A stretch of 64,000 bases of DNA from Bigelowiella natans CCMP2755 (taxonomy: Eukaryota; Protista; Cercozoa): assembly GCA_000320545.1 (NCBI GenBank), contig ADNK01002660.1:1-64000 (forward strand), read 5' to 3'. Positions 50,514 to 61,208 of the stretch are shown in pieces. The notes beneath the pieces were generated by a model that had not been told where the DNA came from, searched no databases, and saw only the letters and a program-made list of their open reading frames with translations. A program made the translations under genes and the position numbers. Position 1 is the stretch's first letter, and every line of letters starts with the position of its first letter.

Positions 50514-50809
50514 GTAGCGCGTACCACTACGCGGGCACAAGTCACGTGCGACAACAAAGGGGTTGTCGCGGATATAGAATATAGATAACGTAGATATTAA
50601 TACAGCATAGGCACGTGGGTTCCGGCGGGACTCATGGCAGCACACCGGAAGTGTGCTGCCCCACGTGCGGCGGCATTCGCGAAAGCTTCGCGAATGATTA
50701 CGCAGTGCACGATTTAATAAAAATATAATCTTTAATAAAAATAAACACAACTCTTCAAAAGGAAGCAAACGTGCCTTTCCCCCCCCCTGCCTACTTGTGC
50801 ACGTAGCGC
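50514..50809. other. ~300-bp multi-hairpin element flanked by the 7-bp direct repeat GTAGCGC (candidate non-autonomous insertion or structured RNA)
   Basis: Perfect stems at 50518-23/50528-33, 50548-55/50562-69, 50611-18/50661-68, 50636-45/50651-60, 50674-83/50687-96 and 50535-42/50793-800. GTAGCGC occurs at 50514-20 and 50803-09. Confidence 0.6.
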
Positions 50810-51010
50810 CTCGGCCTGTGAACACCTTACGCGCAACAACCTTTGGCTTCCACACACGGGAAACGATTTGACTAACAATGTCACATTGCTGTGTCTGTCA
50901 TGAGTCATGTGATGCGACACACACAATGCACGTCGTGTCACTGTGTCCATCATCCGCACAGCTGCACACATGGACAGACACACACCACGTGCACGCACGA
51001 CACAGACGGC

Positions 51011-51125
51011 GGCAGCCCGTCGTCTCGACCTTGCTTGTAGCTTGCTAGCTTGTTGTTTCGATCGTTCGAGGTCGTGAGGCAGCACGTCGTCTCGACCTTG
51101 TTCATTGCTATTTCGATCGTTCGAG
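51011..51125 (+). repeat. Imperfect tandem duplication (2 copies, ~50-60 bp)
   Basis: GGCAGC(C/A)CGTCGTCTCGACCTTG...TTTCGATCGTTCGAG at 51011-51070 and 51078-51125. Confidence 0.85.
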
Positions 51126-51983
51126 ACTTGTCACGCTGGCACGTTGCAACCAACCCCTTTCAGCCTTCTAGCTAGCCTTGCTAGCTTGTCTCCAGATTTG
51201 GCCATGCCAGCGTGGAACACAAACCGGTCCAGTCATTTGTCGCAATCCACCTCACTCTCAAGCTCTTGCTCTGTCTAGCTGTGCTCGCTGCTGATGCGAT
51301 CCCGCTCAATGCAAGCTAGCAAGCAGCAAGCCCGCCAGCCCGGGTGCGCTAGCGCACCAAGCAGACAAGCTAGCAAGACCGCTCTTGTGCTAGCTGGACC
51401 ACCAGCCAGCCAAGCTAGCTAGCAAGTTGGCAAGACTGGCGGAAGACTAGAAGACATTCTAGCATTGTTGCAGGAGGATCGATCTTCAGCCGAAAATTAA
51501 CGTCGCGTGAAAATCAACAAGAGGCACCACACTTGCACTGCTAGACTGCAACGCACATGCTGTGTCCATCATTTCACCGTGCTGCGGAATGCTAGAATGT
51601 CTACATTTGATCAATGCTAGATTGATGTCACTAGCTGCGCCGGCTGCGACAACGGTCTTCAACCACATGCACAACCCAAAAAATGCGAAACGACCAGTGA
51701 CTGTCAAATGTTTTGTGTTTTGACGTAATTGAAGGTTTGTGGCAGACACTGACATGGCAATCATTGCATGCTAGCAAGTGCGAGAAGAAATGATTCCAGT
51801 TTTTCATCAAACTGTGGGCTTTTGACATGCACAGAGTTGTGATCACTCGTGTGCGTATGTACACAAATTCTGGGTTGTAAGAGTCTAATGTGTAGACATG
51901 GCACTCACTAGTTCCCTTCTAATTTTACTTTCCTTTCCCACAATTTTCTTCAGGCCATTTATTTCTTAACGACGGTCTAGAAC

Positions 51984-53791
51984 TTATATCTGAGTCTTGC
52001 TCTCAATTTCGGAAGATTTTTTAACTGAGGTTCCAAGGTAGGTTCCATCTCCACCAGGGAATATTGGGAGGAGCCACATCCATCTGAATTGTAGGTACTG
52101 TTAGCATCACTATGCAGTCTTTCACACGGATCAGTGAGTGGAATGTCAAAAATCTAATGCACGTTGATGTCATACTGTGTTGCGGGTCTGTGTTATATGA
52201 TATATCTCCATCATTACGGTGGGCCGAAGATTTGAATGAAGTTGTTCCAGTAGCCGTTGTCAAACTTGGCGTGAGCCACGTTGAAACGATGCACAATAAA
52301 TGGATCAGTATTGTTCTTCTTCTCACGAAGCTCAATTGTAGTCATGTTGTTCAGAGTAAGCTGAAGAAAGAAAACAATAAGATCAGATAATCATTTATTT
52401 CAAGCTCCTCAATCATTCCTACCCTAATTTCTCTTTCATAATATAAATATGGCTGTGGTATGACTATGTCTCGGCACTTACGTTCATGTGGAAGGTGAAG
52501 AACATGCACAAAGCGATGAACAGGAACAAACATAGAAGGTAGACAATCAGGACGAGAAGGTCTTTCAGGAGGAAAACTGTGGTGTCCATCTGGGAACGAA
52601 CAACGGCAAAAACAGCAATTAGCCGTGTACTAACCATGATATATGTATAAACAAACGAATCGTACTAAGTTTTAACACCTCTCTACACACTCGCGCATAT
52701 CTCTAATCGCATTTGAATACTTACAATGGGGCGGAACGCGTAAACAAGACGACGAGCCATTCCTCCAAGAATAAATCCCAGGCATGCAATAGCATAAAAT
52801 AGTAGCAAGAGGAAAGTCTTGTAGTTACGATGGCCAACACAATTGCGGATCCACGGACCTGATATTGTTAAAATTACTTCAAATACTGATATTCATCTTC
52901 AGAATTCCTAAATCCGACTGATATTTAGACTAAAATTCAGCTCAGTTTTGTTCTTACAGTGGTGATCCATCCTGAGAATGCAGCGGTCGCAGATACGGCA
53001 ATGGTGGGTACGGTCAGGTTTGTAGAGGTTGCAGGCAGAGCAGTGGCGATAGTAACCATACTGCTTTTTCCGTTCCAAAATAACTATCGACTTCAGCCAG
53101 GCAATGACTCGGGACTGCGAAGTAGCATAAAATTAGTTTTAAATTTACGTATCACGTTTGTAATTCAGGAACTCAAGCCAACCCCATATAAACTTTCGCC
53201 AACTCCATTCCATCCTATCTAACCCAAAAAATTGAAACGCGCGTCAGATGTTCAGACATACGTTATTTAGGTCTGCTTTAGTGTCTTGAATAATCTCTTT
53301 CACACGGTTGTCGTCTTCGTCTTTAATCTCGAAATCTCCATCGACCCATCTCTGCATGTTGCAAAGTGTAAATGGAAGAGCAAATTAGAGGAATCGCTAA
53401 TTAACCGGCTGATGTTTGTTTTGCACCAATTCGAAGAAGATACCGAAATAGCCGAGGAAATGAATACGTCATGCATCATATCACATCAAAAATACAAGCT
53501 CCAAACGCCACCACCGTATGAAAAAATGACCTTTCTATCCGCGGACGTTTCCCGAGGGATGTAGCCAGGACTCGATGTTGACGCCAAAATGAAGCAGGTG
53601 ATCAGCATTCCAAACATGACATGGAAGGAAACCAGTACGCCATAGAGTTCGGGTTCCGATGGTGTGTAAAAATATTGGCCATCACTATCCCCATTAACTG
53701 CTTTCACTTGCGGGATGAGGTTGAACGCCAGGAAAGTCGTGTAGACAGTCGTGATTAAAATCACGACAAAAGCCGGGTAGATGTATGACAT
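51984..53791 (-). CDS. DHHC-type palmitoyl acyltransferase (zDHHC/PFA family), multi-exon
   Basis: SPGY (DPG-like) motif and Cys-rich domain [30 protein letters not shown]|[16 protein letters not shown], split by an intron at ~52858-52957. Also NMTTIE, NFIQIFG, WLLP and four hydrophobic segments. Stop TAA at 51984-51986. Confidence 0.93.
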
Positions 53792-55380
53792 GCTATTGCC
53801 CTACTCCTCTACCAAAGCTGTTTTTTTCCACTGACTCGAGCCTAATCGCGATTACAAGATCATATGTATTATAACCTTTAACAAATGCATCTTTGATATC
53901 AGGGTTTGTTCTCAACATCCACATAAATTTAGACTGTGTAGAACACCGTCAAAATAACGAACTATTGTGCAAAAGGGATAGAAATACGTACGTTCACAAG
54001 CTTAGATAACACAAGTTTTATAGAAACGGAAATTGAAACGGTGTATCTACCTTATTGATAGGGCAAGGGCTGGAGGGGAAGAGATAATACGGGGGTGGGA
54101 AATGGCAAGGTTATGGCTCGACCAAGCCAGGGATTGAACAGATTCAAGATCTAAACTCAGTGATGTCAGAGCTGAATTAAAATATCAGCTCATAAAACTA
54201 TTAAAATATTATTAAAAAATTATGTCTCTTTACTTAAATATAATGCTTTTGTTAAATCTCATCCATAATCTGTCGAACTTTAATTCTGAACGATTGAGAT
54301 ATGTTTTCTGCGTAACGTTTGATATTACTAAAACGCGACAATACATATATTTCAGACAAATGAAAATACGTTTATAGGTGCGCATGTACTATATACTGTT
54401 CATTATAGCTAAATTAATAATTTTGTGTCCTGTAAATATGTAATATATTACAATAATAAGTAAATCCAAGTCTATTTTCGAAGCGGAAAACTCTGAATAT
54501 TTATTCACTAAATTCGTAATTTACGGGTTAACACGCCAGCTAGCAACATGTAGAAGCATAATAGGCCATTTATAAATCTTGGATGGCCTATATTTAAGAT
54601 ATACTTATTGCTTATAATTATGTATAAAATTGCACAAAAATTAATTTTTACCTCATCATTGCCTTACAAATTAAAAATTGTACACGATTTACATCATTAT
54701 ATCGGTGATGAAAAGATATAGATGTGCTACTTATTTCATCATTTTTCCCCCGAATTTAGATCGTATTTTCGATTTTTCCCTTTTTTTGCAGCTTTTGGCC
54801 AAAATCGACAGAATTTGGAGTAAGTATAAAAATGATTTTATAAGCTTGTCTTTAGAACACAAGTCCCATCCTTATTTACCATTGTACACATTAACCAATT
54901 GTAAAATCCAAAAAACGATGTATTTTTTTCCCACTAAAATCCTCGTTATGATCTATTTTTTCACGTCGCATGATGCAACCCTTAGAAATTTGTACCAACG
55001 CGAACATCACATAGAAAATGATTATGGTAATTTTACCAATTTGTATCCAACTTCACTAACTTCACAGAAGCACAAAAAAAAGTTTCGGGCATGATAAAAA
55101 CATCCGTTAGTAACGGTTCAATTATCTTTATACATGTACATGTAAGGCGATATCTCAGAAACACATAGAGGAAATGTACAAAATAAGTGTTCGTGACAGA
55201 AAGATAGATAGATTCTCTTAGAATTATTATCGACAGTATGCGTTGCATTCGACTGTGTGTTTACTTTGTAGTTTGACTGGAATATTATCCTCACAATATA
55301 ATCTACAATTTGCTACCATCTCTTAACCTAAGAAATTAGTCCAAACTCGAATTTATCCTCGACTTCATTGGGAAAGGGGG

Positions 55381-56350
55381 ATGATTTCAGGATTTCCAAA
55401 GCCAACGAACGACTCCAAAACCAATCTCCACTTTCCTCTTTGCATCGGATGTGTGAGTATCGGGAAGATTTCAGGCATATTAAGAAAAGAGACAACATTG
55501 AAAAACTTTGATCAACATAAAATGAAGGTCCGTTTCTACTTTAATCGAGTATACTATTCCTGAAAGATTGAAAAAGACGAGTGGCTTCCCCCGACGAGAT
55601 TGCTAAAAGTAGGGCCCTGCTGCCCCCAGGCCGTGGTTGGGGACTAACGGTACGTCCATAGGCAGAATGAATTTGAAAGATTTTTGGAATTAAGTTCTAA
55701 AGTTTGGCGAGGGTGTGCAATCTTACTGGCGAGCGAGATCCACTTGCAAAACAACCTGCAGCGAGCAGAAAAGAAGTGGGGAAATTGTAGTCGTTAAATC
55801 TATCAGAAAATACGCTGGAATTACACAGTAGCTCTGACGAATATTTTCCAATGAATTATGCATGGTTTTGCAGTTCTTACGTACCTGCCACCGTCAACAG
55901 TTTCAAAAAGATAAACCCGATACTCGTTTCCAATTCTAGAGGGAGGGAGAGATTCGTTCAATTTATAGAATGAAACTTGAGAACATCGAGGGAATTGAGG
56001 GCGGTTTACCCACGCTAATATCCTTTTGCCGTAAGGAATAGGCACGACAGGCCTGGGAAAGGGCGAGGATAGAAATATGCGAGAGAGAATGTCGGTGCGC
56101 TCCTCCAGGTCGTCTAGGTGTCTTGTTTCCTGTGGTAGCTTCATTGATAGAAGAATTTCTTCAATTTTTCGTTGCAAAATATTCTCATATATTCCAATTG
56201 TAGGTCAAATACACCGGTTAGGCTCCCCCCTGCCCCCCCACGCTCAAGCATTACAAAAAAGGGGGAGAGTGGGAAGCGGAAGGCGCCACCTCTTCCCAAA
56301 CGTCCAGGGGGTAACTATAAGAGCTGTGGATAGTGAAGAATACACACAAA

Positions 56351-56428
<78 letters not shown>

Positions 56429-57101
56429 GAGAGAGAACTGAGGTTGTCCTTTGACATTTAGATTCTTCCTCCACCTCCTTGAGCCCAAATCTGGAAATGA
56501 TTGCAAATTCAACAAACTCAAACCTGGAGAAACTTTTGGAGTATGTTTATGCACCAATCAATAGATTTAGAATTCAAAGAAAAGAAATACAGGACATTGT
56601 TCATAAATTGTCATTAGGATTTATGGATATGTAGCGATCTATCATAATAGCAATTATAATTTTCTTTGAATAATAAGGCTTGCGAGCTTTGAGCTGCCTC
56701 CCCCACCTATACCGACCAAAGACATGGAAGTTAAAGCAGATGATGTCACCATGAATAGTGATCTTCAGGAAATGGTAAGCACAAAAGCAGCCTAAACATG
56801 TAGCAGAGTGTGTTGTCTCTCAAGAGAGGATTGGAGAAACCTAGATACGGTTGAAAGCTAGTGTAATATTCCCATTTTACATCGTGCTGTGTCGGCTATA
56901 TATAGGGCGAGAAATATACAACAACAGGACATGGATCAGCTAGCTCTTCTTTCACATCGAAGCAGCAGCAGCAGCAGCAGCAGGTTCATCCTGAAACGCA
57001 GAGAGGCACGGGCAAAAATGAAGGTAGCGCCTCAAAAATTTCACATGCAAGTAGATAATCCTCTCCCGCGCATACGTATGCAGAGGGGGTGAGTGAGTGT
57101 A

Positions 57102-57145
<44 letters not shown>

Positions 57146-57728
57146 TGTGCGGTCGCGGCGGCGGAAATAACCTCTCTGGCATCCCCTCTCAATATCTCAA
57201 AAGAAAGAGTAGAGGAGTAGGAATGGGGGGTTGTGACGTTTTCTTTGTTTCTTTGTCTGTTTGTGTGCGTGTGTGTTCGGGGTGGGGGGGTTGGGTGATA
57301 ACCAGCTTCTGCTGCAGGAAACAGCCACAAGAAGAATGCTGCCCCTCTTAACTCAGAGCAGCAGCTTTCCGTCGACGACAAGGAGACAACAATACCTAAA
57401 AGCGGAACGCAAAGCACCGTACCTGACCTTGTAACCCCTCCCTCTAGTCGGCCAAGGAAGCGGAGAACATCTCCACGAAAGCCTTCATCTCCGTCTCCGG
57501 GTAGTGCAGTCGAAGAACCAGGAAAAACACAAGAGCGGCAGCAACAGCAGCAAGGTGAGCACAGATCGGAGGGCAGCCCTCACAATCAACCGAGAAGGAC
57601 GTTGAGGCCGCGGCAACGGCGAAAGTCAAACCTTCGCGAGGATCCAGAGGAAGGGGGGAAAGGGAAGAAGGACATACAGTCAGCCAGCTCCGAAGGTGTG
57701 TATGATTTACATGAAAGAAGGCACAAAC

Positions 57729-57794
<66 letters not shown>

Positions 57795-58709
57795 TTTCAT
57801 AGACCATATCCTGCATGGTGGAAAATCACGTTTTTAAAATGGAAATGTTAATCTTTCAACTGCAGGCATCCCGCAACTGAGAAATTGCGGGCTAATGTGT
57901 AGCTTACTTTGATTTTTGTAAAATTGTAATTGTTAAAAGCAGCCGGAGGAGACGGAAAAGGAGAGGAGGGGGGGACTCACGACGACAATGAACAAAACGT
58001 CAACAACAGTTCCCCTCCGCCTATGACAAGGACTACTAGTGAAGGCGAAGGGAAAAGCGAGGCCGAACCGAGGAATGCACACCTTTATCACCCTGCGATA
58101 CAGGAGACTCCCCCCCCGATGAAAAAGTCATTTAGCGAAGGCGATGGCCACCTCAGGGGCGGAGAGAATAACGTCAGCTGTTCAATAGAGAAAAGCGCCA
58201 ACACTGGAGCAGCTGCTACCACCCCTGGAGATAATCAAAAGGCAGACACTTCAAAGGTATCACTCATCATTATCATCACTGCCATCCCAAGAATCGTTCT
58301 AAAGGGTGCCAGTAACACACACTCACTCACCTGTTAGTGGGCGTTGTGTACTCACCTCACCCCATCCCTTTTGGCCTTTCACTCACTCGATCGGGGCTGT
58401 TGTAGAAATCAAATAAATAGCAATATAGATTTTCCTCTCCAATCTCTTCCCCCCCCTTCTTTGATCCAGGCGCCTTTGAATGAAACCGAGGACGCATCGG
58501 TAGTAGAAGCACCCGGAGAACGCCGAAGGAAAAGGAGGTTTGAGCACATTCCATCAATAAACATAAATATTTCAGCATATTCGCATCATCTTACCAATGC
58601 ACTTCTTTTTCGGATAGAGGTTGGTAGTTGGCGATCGCATTACCATTCATTTTTCCAAAACCATGGATCAATGGCTTTCATATGCTATGTGTTTCGCTGA
58701 CGCTCTCTC

Positions 58710-58763
<54 letters not shown>

Positions 58764-60930
58764 TACGTAAAGATCTAACTACATGTCATTTCTCTATCAT
58801 CGTTCCCCACCTCCCCCTCCAGCGTAAGCGGTGAGTCAACATCCAGCGATTCTTCGCATACCATAGCAAACGACGAGAAAGAGACCGAGGATAATGATGG
58901 AACTAAAGTTGAGGTTGTGTGAGTATTCTTTATTTGATACGACATCGCAAACAACTTAGTTTTGCTGCATCTTGGCCTCGTTCCCCCCAGTTATCTTTCG
59001 AGCTTACTTTTTTTCCCTTACATTTCTGCGTGATGGTGCGAATTATGGTGATGTTCCTTCATCTTTAAGGTGAGTGCAAAGAAGCGGGAAGTGACGACAC
59101 CTCCTCGGCAGAAGACTAAGAAGAAGAAGAAAAACAAAAAAAAAAAAAAGGAGGAGGAGAGTGAAAACAAGCCAAAAGTCACGAAAGCGCGGCTTATTGC
59201 TGCCCTGGTTAGTTGTTACCGTGCACACACACGCACACGCACAGTAAGAATTTGTATTAATGTGTGTGCAAGAGTGTGATGAGAGCGGAAGGATACTCCA
59301 AGGGAAAAAAATCATTAGTGACCTGCGAATTTTTACATGTACTTTCTGATATAAAAGCTCCGACTGATATAACAGCTCCAACTGTTATTCTATCATTACA
59401 CTACATTTTTCACGAAGCAATTATGAGGGGAATAATACTGAATATGATAAAACCCCCGCAAATACCATTGGATACGCTCATGAAAGGTCCGGCGCGACGA
59501 TGCTGCGAAGCTGATATCCTTTCAGGCCAAGTTTCGCTTTAAGATTAACTCCTTGTATGCCTCCACTGATTATGATTATGATTATAATGATGATGATGAT
59601 GATAATGATGATGATGATGGCGATGGTACTGGACAGGTGGGAAATAAAAAACGAGCGGTTGCGAAAAATATCATAATATCAGTGTCATCTCGAACGAATG
59701 CACGATCAAAGGCAGAACCCTCTGATTTCCTTGATGTAAAATGCATGCTCAAGAGAAGGAAAAGAAGTAACCGGCCGATGGAAATTATTGTGATATGGTT
59801 CTCCTCTTTTTCCTGGCGATTTGTTCTTAATATTCCTCAGACAAGATGAATGCGGTCGCACCGTTATGCACTGGGCAGGGGCAAACAACTGTCCAAACGT
59901 GCTGCTAGCCGCCATCAAACGGTGAGTAGTACTACACCACGCCAAGAAGATTAGCAGCGAGCGAGCGCAGAGTAATGATGACATCGGCTTCTTCCCATTC
60001 TTGGTTTCCTTTGCTTTTGTGCTTGTGGCGAAGATGTGTGGTTAATTAACGTATGGTCGATCTCCTCCATGTTTGTTGTTGTTGTTGTTGCAAACGGTGA
60101 CGATGGCGGTGTCAGCTTCGGTGGGGATGTGAATTGCGTTGATAGCAACGTTGGGTCTGGGTAAGTATTTATTACTGGTCATATGTTGATGTGTGCATTG
60201 AGTCATATTCCATGTGTATTTCTCTCGAGCTTGGTACTATTGGTATTTCCTAAGAGACTATGCGATGTTGCTCTGCTTTCAATGGCCCCGCTCGATTGCC
60301 CTGGAAGCTCACACACACACACACACACACACACACAACTCGTCATATTAGAGCTAAATTTATAATGCAAAATAAAAAGAATCGTTAGTTACGTTTGTGT
60401 GCGCTTGCATATTCCTCACTCTCCTGCTTGTGCCATGCTGATTGGTATCTCTTCAAACTTTATTTTACAACGCGAATTATGTATAGGCATGCATGCACAC
60501 CTCTCCATTATGCAACGGCGGGGGGCTACCTAAAGTGTATTCAGGTAGTACCCGGCAGAAATCATTACCAACTTCTACGATTTAGAGGGGGGGGGGAGGG
60601 GGGGGAGCAATACGCTCTGCAAACGGAAGAGAAGGATCTTCCATCCAGTGCATCATCGTTCTAATTGTGCAGATTCTATGCGGTGATGATGGCGCTGTGT
60701 TGTGTCTTTGCATCCTCCTTCCATTTCATTTCACGTACAATTAGAGAGAAAGATGAGGAGTTGCAGAATCGCCAGTTGTGATAGTAAATATTGTGTGTCT
60801 CGTTCCCCAGATACTAACGACTTTTAAAGCTGATATCAACGTCCGCGACACTAACGGAGCAACACCCCTCCACTGGGCCTGTCAACGAGGCCGACTCCAC
60901 ATAGTGAGAACAACTCTATATATATTAATA

Positions 60931-60969
<39 letters not shown>

Positions 60970-61167
60970 TTTCATAGGTGTTCAATGAATGATGTGTTTT
61001 GGCCTCCTCGTGTATTGGTATGATGCTAGGTGAAGTTTCTTCTAGACAAGGATGCGCAAGGCGACATCGTGGACAATTTCGGTCATTACGTTGTATGCAT
61101 TATTCCAGTAGAAAAGACGACTCGTAACGACAAATAGTATGACGATGATATTTCTCATATTTTGTCC

Positions 61168-61208
<41 letters not shown>

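Larger units (their letters stand above)
49850..51860. other. TpA-depleted intergenic island 3, interrupted by a TpA-intact structured element
   Basis: 50081-50514 is AT-rich yet has only 2 TpA, both in CTAG. In 51112-51497 every TpA is in CTAG. Confidence 0.9.

Noticed and set aside
50541-50610. GTCACGTG plus AT-rich tract resembling a budding-yeast point centromere (CDEI/CDEII)
   Set aside because: The AT tract is too short, there is no CDEIII, and the organism is clearly not a budding yeast.
50600-50700. Possible hammerhead or HDV-like ribozyme, SRP RNA or snRNA in the structured element
   Set aside because: There is no CUGANGA/GAAA core in the right arrangement on either strand, no HDV nested pseudoknot order, and no recognisable SRP, U-snRNA or RNase P/MRP boxes.
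55821-56177. 118-aa minus-strand ORF
   Set aside because: It overlaps phase-consistent plus-strand exons of the ankyrin gene and is likely an antisense shadow.
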